A DNA stretch of 64,000 nt, from assembly GCA_964016885.1 (NCBI GenBank), contig OZ024743.1:361274001-361338000 (forward strand), given 5' to 3'. This DNA is from Eledone cirrhosa. Taxonomy: Eukaryota. The notes under the pieces are model-generated. The model made no database searches. It saw only the letters and a list, made by a program, of their open reading frames with translations, and was not told where the DNA came from. Below are positions 1 through 17,437 of the stretch, one piece after another; position 1 is the stretch's first letter, and each line of letters opens with the position of its first letter. A program made the translations under genes and the position numbers.

Positions 1-395
1 GGCGATGATCATATCTAGCTGGTGCCTGGCGTTGTGGCTTAGTCCTGAAGAATGTGTTGGAAATGCAGAGTTTCCGGTAAGAGCAAAGCTCTAACAATCT
101 CTGGCCATTTTCATTCATCTTTCCTACGTCGCAGCGTCCAAGGCAATCTGGCCATGTCCTAAGGTCGGATCCCACCCTTGCGTTGAAATCGCCCAGCAGG
201 AAGACGGGCTCCGACCCTAGTATCTGGTTGATGGTGGCGTCGAGCTCCTCATAGAACCGGTCTTTTATTTCTTGAGGAGAGCAGAGTCTTGGGGCATAAA
301 CGCTAACTATGTTTACCTCCCCCGATGATGTTGAAAGGCTAACAGATAGGACGCGCTCCGACCCATTTGAGGGAGGGACTATCATGGGGAGTAGC
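1..395 (-). mobile_element. RTE-clade LINE fragment (APE endonuclease region), runs off window edge
   Basis: Minus strand reads YAP..SPQEIKDRFYEELD..VFLLGDFNARVG..GKMNENGQRLLELC....LCISNTFF (APE motifs); abuts (TA)n at ~397. Confidence 0.85.
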
Positions 396-397
396 CG

Positions 398-430
<33 letters not shown>

Positions 431-675
431 ATACTTTTGGAGGGTCATGTTGCCAATAAGAAACATACACACCAGTTGCTTTCACTCTTATATATATATA
501 TATTTTCCCAATCTCATACATCAATCTTAATTTATTTTTCATATGTTGATTTGAAACTTCACTATTCACAAGTGTTTTTTAAGCTTCATATCATATCTCC
601 CTATTTTATCTGATGAGAACGCAGATATCATCCCATAATAAAATTCTTGGAACTCTTTTAACCATCTTTTGATCT

Positions 676-750
<75 letters not shown>

Positions 751-937
751 CACTCACGCACGCAAACGCTCAAACGCACGCAAACTCACGCACGCACGTG
801 TGCACATACACAGACATGTTAATAGATTTAACTCTTACTGCAACGCTGCACGAACACACACACGCGCGCGCACACATGATAATTAGTTATAGCTTTGCTT
901 CCCCTCTTCCACTGTTATGTATCAAACACACCGTCTG

Positions 938-973
<36 letters not shown>

Positions 974-3117
974 GCTATCCCCCTCTTTTAGTCCGTCTGT
1001 TTCTTTCACTCTCCCTCTTTCTTTTTCATTTTATAGATATAGAGATTTTTTTCTGTGCAAAGTCGTACCCATAGTCAACTTTATCGATTATTTACCTGGA
1101 CGAAGCGGGAGTCGATCATTCGCAATGTCGTGCCGACCTGCCCTGATACATTTGTGGTTGATTACAAAAAACATTTTGAAAAACGGCCTTGCGGATCAAA
1201 GGTTGCTGCGGAACAGACACACACACAGACAGGCAGACATTTTCATTTTTATAAATATAGATATATGGCAATGAGTCCTTACGTCATGTGTACAACTTTA
1301 CTTGTGATAATATTGAAGTATAACAAAAAGTGAGATAATGACTAATCTTCATTTATCAACTACTATATTAGCGAAACTGGTGAAGTAGTAGAACTTCTAG
1401 AATCCTGGCTATTTGAGAATTTATTTATGTCCCAGTACATTATGAATTCAATTCCCTTTAGACCGAAGTTGACAATCATTTTTCTATGTTCGGTGCGCCG
1501 ACTTATCAATAAAATAGTATTTCCCGAGGAATTTATTCCATTATAAATGGAGTTAACAATTCTTTACTCAAGTTAATATTATAGTAGTGCGGTTAACGAT
1601 ACTGATTATTAATATAGGCATTAACCCTGAATAACGGGGAAGGGATCAAACTCGAACTTGACTGGCATTATATTTTATCGACGCAAGAAATTTGGATTTA
1701 AAGGCAAATTTAACACTATAAATTATAACCTAAAAAGATGTTACTAAATCCTACTACGTATTTTGTGAAATATTTCTCCTACCATTCATGTCATTGCCTG
1801 GCTTTGGCTGATATCAATTGGCTTAATGCCGTATAAATATTTGTAAATATTAGTAAATATTTGTAAATATTAGTAAATATTTGTAAATATTAGTACTAGT
1901 CACGTATAGGCTCGATTTAATTGATTAACTTCGGTTCTTATATTTCTGGCCTTGGGCCTTGTGGTAAGTAACTCTCATGAGAGCTTGAGAGAAGGAAGTC
2001 TTCAGAGACGAAACCCCCATCCAGCAAGTCTTTCAGTCTATAGAATAACCACGAAGGAAATTTTCAAACATTTCCTGATATAATAATACTTTAGCTTCGC
2101 CTGCCTCTTGACAGGTTTCATACTTATGGGGATGTAATAGTTGAAAGCCGGAATGTTTTTCCTTCACAAAACGTTTTAGTCGCATATTTACACCTCGCAT
2201 AGATGCTGATAATTTATTCTAAACGGATTAACGCAGTGTATGGGCATCATATTGCAGGAATTATTAATATGTCTCTAATGTAGAGAATACGTCATGTATC
2301 AGAACTTCCACGGAACTAATTTTTAAACAATCTATAATATAAAAGAAAAGGTGTTTCTCAAGCTGCCTGTCCATCACACATATATAGAGAAGGAGTGAAA
2401 AGGGGAAGAATGAAAGGGTAGATATCCCCTTTTTTTAAGTTGAGAGGAAAAGGACGATAACCTATGTCATGTTTATAGTTCATTGCAAGAGTTCGAGGTA
2501 ATAACGTAGAGATCTGTAGGGGGAAGTTGAGGAACCATTGGAGAGGAGATACCTTGTTTATATTTATTATTAAACCGTCTGTATTATTTAGTGACTACTT
2601 CAACTAAAAGGCCTATGGAACCATGTTTCCAATAGTTTCTTTTATAATATATATCTTTGCTATATTCGCGGAACTATATTTAAATATCTGTACTCAGATA
2701 TTGCTGAGATAACACCAAAGATGTTATATCACCGGATAGGTAATGGTTACGATTATTCTGTTATTTCGCATTCATACATTTAGTAAGATTCGATGCTTTG
2801 TTTCCGTATCCAACATGAAGAATCTGGGCATTTTGTCTTAAAATGAAACAAGAGAAATAAAACAGGAAACCATATATAAATGTATATTAAAACAGACACA
2901 CGGACATTGGACAGATGCATATGAATATTAAACACACACCCACATATATACACACACACACCAACACATCTAAAGGCGAATGACAAGGTAGTGAATATGA
3001 AAGCGGGGGAATGCTGAAAGACGGTGGAAAACAGTGACAAAAGAGGAGAGTATGTTATAAGCTATTGGACTGATGATATATGCATACGGATATTTACACA
3101 TATACATATGTGGGTAG

Positions 3118-3174
<57 letters not shown>

Positions 3175-3381
3175 AGGTGTATTATTGGTTGTGTCATACT
3201 GTCCAATACATTTGTGTTAGCAATATTAAGTTCTCCTCGCTTTTGTATATCTCCAATTCCGTTTATGGGAACAGCTAGATGATGTAAAACGGAGTATTTG
3301 TATCCAAATAAAGATCCGAAGGCATGGTATAAATAGCCATAATCGATTATCACTGATCTCGTCAGGTGAAAATGAATTGTC

Positions 3382-3422
<41 letters not shown>

Positions 3423-3426
<4 letters not shown>

Positions 3427-4235
3427 GAGGTGTGGCCCACAAGAAAGGGTAGGGATGTTATATTTAAATGTATATTACAAGTTATCTCGTTCAAAATCCG
3501 ACTCTTGGGAAGGCACATACGGGTTCCAACTTTTTTCCGTTGATCCTAGCTGCACCAGAAGTTATTAACTGAGAGTGTCCTTAGCCCGTGGGTTACAAGT
3601 TTTTGTATATTTGCCAGTACCAAAATCCTTACCATTCACCTTCGATTTCAACTTAGAGAAGAGGTAGAAATCACGCAAGCTAGATCTGGCCGAGTGAGAA
3701 GATGGGGTAGCGTGGGAGTGTTTTTTTTTATTTTGCCCGGAGATTCTCTAGTTGAAAGAACTGTGTGAGCAGAAGCATTATCGTGGTGGAGTATCCAATA
3801 TTCTGCAATGTCCTTTCTGACACATTGGACCCGTTTTTGAAGGCGTTCCAAGAAATCTTTGTAGAAGGTGTGATTAACTCTATCGCGGAAGAAAAGAAAT
3901 GATAAACATTATTTTCCCGTGGATCTTGCCATGCGTACTTTATTCGGACGGGGATAATTTTGCCTGCTACTAACCTTGGCGATTTGTCTTTAGATCGTAC
4001 TCGAAGACACATGGTTCATCAACTCTTATTACTTTATCAAAGAAATGTGGCTTAATTTTAGTCGTTCAAGCAAATTAGAAAAAGTGTTTCACCGGTTCGC
4101 ATTCTGCACCACAGTCAAGTGCTGGGGCACCAGTTTTGCACACAATTTGCAAAAAGCTTGTTAAAATTCTGTGAAGTTACAAGTTCGGTTCTTCTGGATT
4201 CATCCTAACACTTAATCGGCAATCTTTCATTATCA
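3423..4235 (-). mobile_element. Degenerate mariner (Tc1/mariner) transposon
   Basis: ORF 3648-3851 has WILHHDNASAHT and RPDLA (mariner HDNA / SPDLAP motifs); TACGAGG TIR-like end at ~3423; frameshifted. Confidence 0.8.
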
Positions 4236-4241
4236 CGATCT

Positions 4242-4285
<44 letters not shown>

Positions 4286-4424
4286 ATTTATTTATATATA
4301 TATACGTACGTATACGTGTCTGTGTGTGAGGATGCTACGCACATATAGTAAGTTATACACAGACACATACATTCATAGTTGCATACATACATACATAAAA
4401 ACATATATACAATATACCTGATTC

Positions 4425-4655
4425 ACACAGGAGATAGAGATGCAGGCAAAACACCTAGATGTGGCAACAAGTGCAGATTCTACAGAATTAACATCGAAGA
4501 TGTCCCTCATGTCATAAACAGCTGTCCAAAGATTTCATCATGGTACTATCTAGCTATGAGGCATGATGTAGTGGCCAAAAGACTGTACGATGTAATCCGT
4601 AGAAATGATAGTCTCGACAATAAGCACATTAAAAGCTACAGCAATGTGGAAGATA
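4425..4655 (+). mobile_element. RLE-type LINE fragment (R4/Dong/NeSL-like CCHC knuckle + RHD motif)
   Basis: KCRFYRINIEDVPHVINSCPKISSWYYLAMRHDVVAKRLY in ORF 4379-4666. Confidence 0.7.
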
Positions 4656-4671
4656 TACATATATAAACACA

Positions 4672-4710
<39 letters not shown>

Positions 4711-4726
4711 GTGCGCGGGCGCACGC

Positions 4727-4779
<53 letters not shown>

Positions 4780-4789
4780 TATATATATA

Positions 4790-5040
4790 TATATGTCTTT
4801 GCGTGTAATTGTTTTTCACCGCTACAAATAATGACGTATTATATTCGTTTTTTCCCGTTCTTTGCCAGGGAACGTTTCCACGAACCAAAGTATCGTCTTC
4901 CTGTCTTCCTCCGGTTGCAACGTTTTTTGAAATATTCACTTCTGCGTTCACAGATTGACTTTGTTAGTTTCAGAAGATCCGGTTAAGAGTGAAAGCAGCG
5001 ATTCTTTGCTTAAACTTTAGTTTGTTATTTTAATAAATAT
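4790..5040. repeat. Unclassified interspersed repeat family X (also 10692-11030, 11300-11470, 34962-35470)
   Basis: Shared core GAACCAAAGTATCGTCTTCCTG..GGTTGCAACG..CAGATTGACTTTGTTAGTTTCAGAAG..GTGAAAGCAGCGATTCTTTGCTTAAACTTT; copies border (TA)n. Confidence 0.8.
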
Positions 5041-5051
5041 ATATATATATA

Positions 5052-5644
5052 TATATTGTTATACTTGGGGAGGGTCATATTTGTGTAATATTGCCAGAAT
5101 AAATAAATTAATACATACACAAGTACAATAACAACAAACACATATAAACACACACTAGTAAAGATAGAATACATTAACCAATACACAGTCACCCAATCAC
5201 GAACACACATCATACAAAACACTATACACACACGCAAACGCATGCGCAAAGAAGACAAAATAAAATAAACAAATAAATAAATATATAAACAGACTAAATA
5301 AAGATGACGTAGAAAATACAATGCAACGGAGGGAAACAATAGCACCACTGACGATGTTGCAGATGTGCAACGAAAGAACTTTGATAAACTATATATATGT
5401 GTTTGTGTCTATATTGTATCTGTATTTTTTATCGTTGGTCAGTCAATGGCAACATTGAGGACCGAATAGATTAGATTACCGATATAAAAGACACAGAAGC
5501 GAAAAGCGAAAACCAACCAAACAGTGAGTGTGTTCTGTTATTAATTCTGGCAATATCACACAAATATGACCCTCCCCAATATAACAATATTTGTTTTGAC
5601 ACACGATTTCATATCAAAAACCTCGCAAAACTAATTCATCGCCG

Positions 5645-5646
<2 letters not shown>
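5052..5646 (+). mobile_element. PLE pLTR/5' fragment with inverted end and degenerate HHR (5344-5385)
   Basis: 5052-5100 is an inverted copy of ~5545-5590; 5567-5640 matches the start of the PLE ORF at 62541; CTGACGA-T-GTTGCA/TGCAAC-GAAA at 5348; (TA)n on both sides. Confidence 0.65.
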
Positions 5647-5682
<36 letters not shown>

Positions 5683-8600
5683 ATAGAGAATATCATTACC
5701 TTCAGAGATGTTATGTTGAAAACGTGATTGTGCTACAGTTATATAGTTTTTATCGAGGAGTATTTACCTTTAGATTGGAACAGTAGCGTTCCTATATCCA
5801 CGGCTCTATCTTCAATATCAAAATGGTCATACTAATCACGTATTATTTATGAGCATAGCAGTGCTCGTAACGTATTATGGGAGTGGTAGGAGACCATGGA
5901 AGGCTGATTTTTAAATTCTCAACGTTGAAGCATGTCAGTTATAATTGATTTCCTTTATGTTGTATTTGTGAGTAAATATCTTTGTTTATATTCTGATATA
6001 AGTAAAAGCTCTGCAGTTTTTTGCTCACCTTGTTTTGTCTAAAATTCTCTATACAATTTTAGTTTTATAGACTAATGTGGGGATACTGACGAGCTTTCCT
6101 TTGCCTTTTTATTTTAGTAGTATATTGTAACTAAGCGTTTATGGATAGGATCAATGGATGCTGTATTTCATTTCAAAGTTATTTTATTGCAGTCCACTTG
6201 CAATTATTTTTTATCATACGAAACGTATGGTTTTGTATCTTTTGTTGCACTTGCTTCTGCTTTATCATGCCATATAACAACTTTGTTGTTATATGGTATG
6301 GTCTACCAAACTTTTAGATTACCGAGTGTTAACTAATGTTTGTTTTACACAAGAGAGATCGTTAATTAATCGTTCTTTGCTGTTGAAAATTTAAAAGCTT
6401 CCGAATGATTTAACTACACATGATTTTTATTTATGTGATACCCACTACCTAGACTTTTGTTGATATGTTTCTTTTAAACCTAATTGCTATATTGTGCTTC
6501 CTAATGACTACGTTTATGTTCAAGAGTGAAGTGATAATCCGGACTGATGTGATGGATTGTAAATGTTAAGAATGAATTCGTTTGTTTTTTTTTGTTTCAC
6601 TTCATTTGTTCATCTCCTATTTCACTTGCTCTCCTTCTGTTCAGCGACCTCGGAAACTGCCACAGCATCCAGAGATTAGGGCTTGACATTGGGATAATGT
6701 ATAGTGTTAGAATTGAATGAGTAAGAAGCGGATTAAAAAACTGTTGTGATGGTTTTCAGTTTCTTCTCGGGTAACTTACGGTAGCCGTCTAGTTCCAAAT
6801 AAAGTAAGGTTTTTTGCGCTGCTACTAATTGTGATTGTGATATTTTAAAAGACATTTCTACTGTCTGTCTTGTAATATCCATAGAAAGTAAGAAATTACA
6901 TCAACAATATAAAAATTACACTCCTGATTTAGTAATCATTGCATTGAGTTTCAGATAACCAACGACAGGGATTTGTTTTATAATTTCTTGATTTCTGAAG
7001 CTGACGTTCAAATATGTAGTAACAAATCTTGTTAGGTGCCTTTGAAATACGAAGGAATGATAACTTAACATTTAGTGTTATCAGCAGTGGTTGCTAGATA
7101 GCCTCCTCCTAGTATTATATGCACCTTTTTGCGAATATATGTTTCATAACATAGGCAAATAACTTTGATAAAAAATATAATAGTAATTTTGGAGTGGATT
7201 GATAGAGATTATTTGAAAAAGTATTCATTTAATCCCATCCGACAAATTCTCGTTTGATGTTTTTAGTTGAGAGGATATAAGGGTAGATTAAAATCTGAAA
7301 AGAGGGATCAATATAATAAATTTATTTCAATTAACGCGACTTTTGTTCAAACGTTTTGCTGTCCACCGTGTTTCGAGCAAGGTAAACTAAAATCAGGACT
7401 GCTATATAATATTTTGTAACATGGTTAAATGGAAATTGCTATCGAAATATGGTGAGGCATGTTAAAGTCAAATAGAATGTAAGGAATATTGACGTAATAA
7501 AAATAAAATGCATCTGTTATGTCATGCATCGAAACTACGCAGAGAATCTGGCGTTGATATATATTTAGGTCTAAGTAAAAGTGTTTATCAAACGAATATA
7601 TCCTATAAGAAAGCAGTTGGAGAGTGAGTGGTGCGGCCACTATTAGGACTTCAGAAAAAAGAAGAGTTGGATAAACTATATTCTTCCAAAATACCTAAAT
7701 CACCAGTGCCCTAATACCAATACAGCCCCGGATATTTATAACCTGGCAACGGCGATTTCTCTTAACATATTAAAATAAGCGATAACGTAAGCAAGCTTCG
7801 ATATTAAAACTATAAACCATCAAAACCTTCGACTATTCCAAGACAGTTTAGTTTCTCTATACGAGATGTTCTCTTTTGACTCATAATTTATGGTAAGATG
7901 AAATAAGAAGTGTTCAATGCGATAGCGAAAAGATACACTGCGTCTACAATGACTGTACATAAACTCTCGAAGCATAAGGTTAAGGGTCACACTTTATCTA
8001 TTTGATCATTGCAAAACTATACATAAATAAAATCAAAGGATTCCTTTCTTGCTCAGATTTTCTCTGACCTGCAAATTTATACGACTTGGAATGTCATAAA
8101 CATTCGTTTCATATTTAACCTAATTCTTAATCTTTGAGAACAGCAGAAGGGAAAGGAATTTACTATTATGAAATATCTGTGTACGACCTTACACATTTGT
8201 ATTAGAAGTAATAAATATTAGACTCTGATTTTGCTACACAATTCCTATTTTCTGCACATATCTAAATAATAATGATGTGCTCAAATTGAGTTGGAGTCAG
8301 CTTGTAGGTTGTTGTTACCGCAATTAAATGACTGTGTACAGAATTTACATTCTCATATCAGCAAAGGACATCAAAATGTATAAATGCTATTCAATCACAT
8401 TCGGAATCTCTAAGACTAAAACACTTAAAACTCTGCACGTCTGCTGAAATGTATTTTTGCACAAACAATTGATTATTAAGAAATATTCTCTCCAATCTAT
8501 GTAACCATTATATAAAGAGATAAGTGGAACATATTTTTACTGTTCCACCATAAGTGAACTTTATAATAATTATAACTTTATGTTCGAATTTGTCAAGATT

Positions 8601-9438
8601 CCATTGGTCATACGTCTTGCAGTGTATTGAAACAGGAAATATGAAACATTTCTTTTCTTTGAATTTCAGAATATTTATCCGATTAGAATTATCTTATATC
8701 AATGAAAAATACTTCGGCTATTATTGCCATCGTTATCAGTTCATAGACACATTTGAAGATCTATTAAACTGATGGCGATGAGAAAAAAATACAATAGCTT
8801 AATAGAAGAAAAGAAAGGATACTTACCAGGCAAATACATATAAACATACCGAGAGAATAGTAAATTGAAACATTAGCAATTGTTGAAATGTATTTGCAGT
8901 CGTTTGAGAAACGATTATTACAGCACTAAATTTAGTCTGTCTAATTACAGTTTAAATATAGCGAAAGAATTATTCGTTGTTTTTCTTTAATAAATAAATA
9001 ATGAGAAAAGTAGTTTCTTAATGAAACTGGAGTCATCAATATAACATATTTGAATGCCCACAAGAATATCAACAAAAATATTTAATATCGATCGTGTATA
9101 TGATGAAGTGTTTTGAAGCAATTGTTGCGAATATAATAAAACAGATAATATATATAATGAATCCTTTTCCCTAAACCCCAAGCTAACATGTTACTACCGA
9201 GATAACAGAGTCGATTAAATTATTTAAGGGGCGAATAGCAATTCCAGTTTTAGAGTTATTTCAATTTAGAATGTCAAAAGTGGTGTCGAAATTCTGAAAA
9301 CCATAAATTCTGTCTCTATACACTTTCTGCTATTCCTTCGTTCTCAAACGTTTCACTCTTGAAGCACATGCAAAAGCCACATATTTTTATACGAGAATCT
9401 ACTAGTCAAGCAAAAGTTTGAGAATAAACCCAATTCTA

Positions 9439-9475
9439 CTTTTGAAAAGCATAAGAACTGTGAAACCGGTAAAGG
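9439..9475 (+). ncRNA. HHR-like motif, U3-A8 core, weakened stem II (family of 54962)
   Basis: CTT-TTGAAAA-GCAT AAGAA CTGT-GAA-ACCGGT-A-AAG; downstream sequence matches 55000-55070. Confidence 0.6.
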
Positions 9476-9519
9476 AAACAAATAAATATTCTTAAAAAGA
9501 CTCCAGTTGCATTTCTTTT

Positions 9520-9589
<70 letters not shown>

Positions 9590-10691
9590 ATTAGAAATAG
9601 GTTGACATATATATATATATATATATATTTAAAATAAACACATGAAACAATCACAAGGGATAATTTGTACAGTGTGTAAGCACACAGCTAGGTAGGTAAC
9701 TAATTAAAGTTTAACTATAACTTCAAATATTACCTTTTAAAAATGATTAATCTTCCTTGTATATATTTCATTAAAGAAATATATTTCACCATTAATCCGT
9801 AAACTCACAGTAGTCAAAATGGATCTTCAGCAAGGGAGAAGATTTAACTATCTGTGTTTACACGTCAAATGAAAATCTGCGAATGACCCGTCGCATGTTT
9901 TGCATTTTTAAAACTACACACATCGTGGAAGCGTCATTCCAGTGGCGTTAATAGGGTTATCGACAGCTAGAAATAGCAGCCCAGTCCTTTCAACTGAGTT
10001 AGCTCTAAAATTAAGGAGCCGTGTATATATCCAAAATTAAATTATATTAAGGGATTCATGTCCGAGGCATGCGCCATATCCACCGTAGAATAAGCAGAAA
10101 GATTCCAATGATTAGATCCGAACATTTTTATATCAATTAGAAATTGATTGACATATATATATGTTAAAAATAAACACATGAAACAATCACAAGGGATAAC
10201 TTGTACAGTGTATAAGCACACACAGCTTATAAAATCTTTGAGCTTATTCTACGGTGGATATGGCGCATGTCTCGGACATAACTCCCTTAATTTAATTTAA
10301 TTTTGGATATATATATATAGAGAGAGAGAGAGAGGGAGACGGAAAGAGAGAGACAGAGAGAGAAGGAGAGAAGAGAGAGAGACTTAAGAAAATGAAAAAT
10401 TAATGGACAAGACAATGAAAAGAAACAAACTAAAAAGACAAACAATTTTTAAATGGAAACCTTAAAAAATTATTTTTCAAAAATAAATATACAAACAAAG
10501 GACACAGAACTCCAGGCTCATCGGCTGTTGAGATGGACTTTAGCAGTTTCGACACCTACCAATGGTACTGCAGGTCCATATATATATATATGGAAATCCA
10601 TATATATATATAGAGAGAGAGAGAAATGAAATTAAGACACATATATATACATATATATATATATGTATATCACTATATATATATATATATA

Positions 10692-11466
10692 TAGTAATAA
10701 TAATAAATTTGAAGACTAAAATCCAAAGAGGGCTCGATAAGGATAAATATATATCAAATATATAAAGACCCCAAAACAATATTTATTAAAATAGCTGATT
10801 AAATTTTAAGCAAAGAATCGCTGTTTTCACCCTTAACGGATATTCTGAAACTAAAAAAAAGTCAATCTGTGAACGCAGAAGTAAATATTTCGAAAAACGA
10901 TGCAACCGAAGGAAAACAGGAAGACGATACTTTTGTTCGTGAAGACGATCGCAGGCAATGAACGGAAAAAAAGCGAAGGTAATACGTCATTATGTGTACC
11001 GGAAGAACAATTACACGCAAAGACAAAACCCCGTATATAGTATAAATGATGACGTAGACTAATTCTATTTAGGAAACCGAATGATTCTCGGCTTCAGAGT
11101 TAAGAATAATGTAAATAAATTAGTAGAACGAAAATGACAGAGGTTATTGAAATCAACAATAATTAAATATATTCACACACGCATCCAAATACGTACATAC
11201 ACATGCATACGCAAAAAAACACGCCATGCATGCATATACAGCACGTACACATAAGCACGCACACATATACATAAACCCGCGCGACACCTGTGCCCGCACA
11301 CATACGAACGTCTTTCCGAACCAAAGTATCGTCTTCCTGTTTTCCTTCGGTTGCAACGTTTTTCGAAATATTTACTTCTGCGTGCACAGATTGATTTTTT
11401 AGTTTCAGAAGATCCCGTTAAAGGTGAAAGCAGCGATCCTTTGCTTAAACTTTAATCTTCTATTTT

Positions 11467-11470
<4 letters not shown>
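10692..11470. repeat. Family X, two copies in inverted orientation
   Basis: 10790-10940 is the diverged reverse complement of 11310-11470. Confidence 0.75.
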
Positions 11471-11503
<33 letters not shown>

Positions 11504-11511
11504 TCCAACTC

Positions 11512-14279
<2,768 letters not shown>

Positions 14280-14323
14280 CACACACACACACATAGAGGT
14301 CACGTGTGTGAATACGTGTGTGA

Positions 14324-14329
<6 letters not shown>

Positions 14330-14391
<62 letters not shown>

Positions 14392-14574
14392 CAGAGTAAT
14401 TCGTGGTAGAGAGATCGGACAGTAGGAATGTGTCTGTACGTGTGTGGGGGATATTTTAACTTGTTGAAATATATTTTTTAGCTCTTGTCTTATACGGAGA
14501 AGTGTGTGTGTGTTTGTGTGTGTATCTGTCTCTTTGTATGTTAGTGTACGCGTGTGTATGTGTGTGTGTATATA

Positions 14575-14606
<32 letters not shown>

Positions 14607-15699
14607 GGTGGACCAGTATTTTTGTGATACTGGTAAAAATGGTGTACATTATTCCATATTTTCAGCAAAAAGGATTCTCCCTAAGAGAACATCATAAACA
14701 TTAATAATAAAAGGTGTGAAATGATATATAGTATTGTCATAACACCAATGTGTGTGTGAGTGTCCAGATTGTACGTACTGCAAGGGGAATCCATTAGGCC
14801 CTGCCCTATTGGAATACTTGTGTACAAATATGTATGTGCCCATCAGTGTGCAATGCATGTGTGCATATATGTATGTGTGTGTATCGGCACGTTTATATCT
14901 ATAGACATCAAAAGGTATGCAAATGTGTGTATATTTGTGTTGCACCATAGAACATGTGTGTTTACATATGTCATTGTGTTTATATGTGGATAGAGATGTA
15001 TGTAGGATGTATGCTGATGTAGGTATGTATGTTGACGTGTGTATGTTGTGGGTTCGTCTTAGGGAGAAGTGTTTAGACGGGGTCCGTATTTGTTAATAAA
15101 GTGAGATTCCTTGCTGATACGCTGGGTGTGGGTGGCATTATCTTTAAAATTGTAGAAGGGAAAGATTCTAAAGTTGGGATGATTTTGTGCGGGACAGGTA
15201 TCAATGTTTTCACCCAGTCGTATTTTCCTGTATTCTCGTATTTTAATTTGGGATCTATGGACAGTCATGCGTTGGCGGAGGCTGTTTTGGGTCTGGCCTA
15301 TGTATTGTTCTCGACAACCTGAGCAAGTTAATACATATATTAGATTTTCTGATACGCATGTGAAATTGTGTTTTACTATAAAACGTTGTCCTTCTTTGAA
15401 ATAGAATTCCGAACCCTCTATTAGGTTGATGCATATGCCACAGTTGGCTCTATCGCATTTTTTTACTGTGGGTTTCGTTGTTGTGGTTGGCATTACTTTG
15501 GCATGTGTTAGCATGTTTTTCATTGACTTATGTTGTCTTTTGCTCTTTATGATATCGTGTGTTCTAAGGATTTGGTTCATTCAATGAAAAACATCCTATC
15601 AGACAAGTGCTGAAAAATAAATTTCAACAAGTTAAAATATCCCCCACACACGTACAGACACATTCCTACTGTCCGATCCCTCTACCACGAATTACTCTG

Positions 15700-15781
<82 letters not shown>

Positions 15782-16342
15782 ACACACACACACACACACA
15801 TATTTGCCTTAATAAGCACCTGAACTGTTGACCTTTCAACATGACTTCAATTCACACACACATCCCTACTGACCATTATCACAACAATCAACCTCTTTAC
15901 TACACACACACACACACACATATTTGTCTTAAAAGACTTATTTTTCAGTGACTTCTCAATCAGGCGAAAAAGGACACTCTTCTACAAACCTACATTTGGC
16001 GCAAAATCAATTTTTAACATTCACTTGTCCTCTACCGACCTATCAAATTTGTTTTGACCACAAGAATTTTTGCAACACGAATTGGCGCGAAACTTATTTA
16101 AATACCTCTGGAGCCACTTTTTTCACATAAAACAGGTAGAAGTTCCAAAACTAATCAGATTAGAGCAAACATCACGGGCGCTCTATCTCAAGATTATTTT
16201 TGAAAAGCATTAGAAATGCGCAACCGGTAAAAACTTAAAACTAAAACTGAATTCTAACCAATACTTATTACTAATTTTTACTTATTCCTAATTAAACTAT
16301 TTTTCACTGGGAACAATTTGTCCGCATCTTCTTTTCCTTTTA

Positions 16343-16350
<8 letters not shown>
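14330..16350. mobile_element. Older truncated relative of the 25341-32100 PLE: minus-strand 3' end plus plus-strand pLTR
   Basis: 15059-15580 is near-identical in protein to 30424-30945; 15620-15780 is an inverted copy of 14340-14470; 15900-16350 is homologous to the pLTR 31560-32060, with HHR-like motif 16197-16232. Confidence 0.9.
15059..15580 (-). pseudogene. PLE GIY-YIG endonuclease domain fragment
   Basis: KKCDRANCGIC linker and NLIYVLTCSGCREQYIGQT..LRQRMTVHR. Confidence 0.9.
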
Positions 16351-16369
<19 letters not shown>

Positions 16370-16378
<9 letters not shown>

Positions 16379-16395
16379 AATGGCAATTTCTGTGT

Positions 16396-16442
<47 letters not shown>

Positions 16443-17372
16443 TCGATTTGTTTGTGAACCTAAAGCTCAGAAACTACCAAACCGATATTAATGAAACTTG
16501 ACACGCGTGTGCGGCTCATGCCCATTTGATTTCTTACGTACTATGAAGTTAAAAAAAATCGATAATTTCCAGTCTGCATCGATTTTTTTATAAATCAATA
16601 GGACATTTGCATGTACATGCTCATGTGAATGATATTTTCTGCCATAAGCTTTAAACTTTTCAACCGATTTCCTTCAAAATTGAAACACAGATAAATTGTG
16701 TGCTACGGACGGCTTTAGGCTAAGAAAGAATTATCCCAGACAACCGCACAAACCCATTTTTTATTTCGCTTGTTTCTCCTGATATGAGCAGCCAATTTAC
16801 TTTAAATTGTACAGGTGCATTATTTATGTATCAATAATGTGTTAAAAGTTCCGCCAGGGCACCTTAATAAAGCGAAAATACTGCAAATATCGAATGTCGC
16901 ATGATTATGTGCAGTGGATGGTTTTCTCCAGCGGGACAGAGGGCTGTACAACAATGGGATGGATAACAATTGAATCTGCCCTTCACGGGCAAGTAGGATT
17001 TATGGGCTCTGGTTGGGTAATGCGTTGATATTTTCCAAAAATGTATACTGGGCGGAACCCTTTGAGAATCGAATAGAAATCTTCAACGGGCCACATTGAT
17101 ACGCGAGCCGTAAGGATATTTAAAAATGACCTACCCATCCTAGGCTGTGTCATCTTTGCTGCTAACATGCGTATATTTAACTGAATGGAACATCTTACGG
17201 GACGGATAGAAGGCCTCTGCGGGTCGCAGTAACCAGTTGGCCGTGGTGTGGACATCCCCGACGGTGCCGTATTTTCCTATAAGACTTAATTCAACCGAGA
17301 GCTTCATTAATTGTTATTTCTGCACAAACAATTGTATTACTTAAACCCTAGCAACGCTGAGTACCTCAGCTA

Positions 17373-17373
<1 letters not shown>
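16370..17373 (+). mobile_element. Non-autonomous Helitron-like element
   Basis: 3' hairpin (AGCAACGCT) then CTAG|T end at 17370-17374; internal (TG)n and subrepeats AAACCGAT(A/T)TT..AAA(C/A)TTG; set in (TA)n. Confidence 0.65.

Positions 17374-17437
<64 letters not shown>

Noticed and set aside
605-665. CTGATGAG near 610 (also 44055 and the minus strand at ~3355) as HHR
   Set aside because: No properly placed GAAA, stem III and stem I
6620-6730. Possible host exon (pyrimidine tract-CAG ... GTAAG)
   Set aside because: Stops in all three frames; no partner exons seen
10510-10560. Minus-strand GAAACT..AGTC..CCGATGAG as a permuted HHR
   Set aside because: Stems I and II do not pair convincingly
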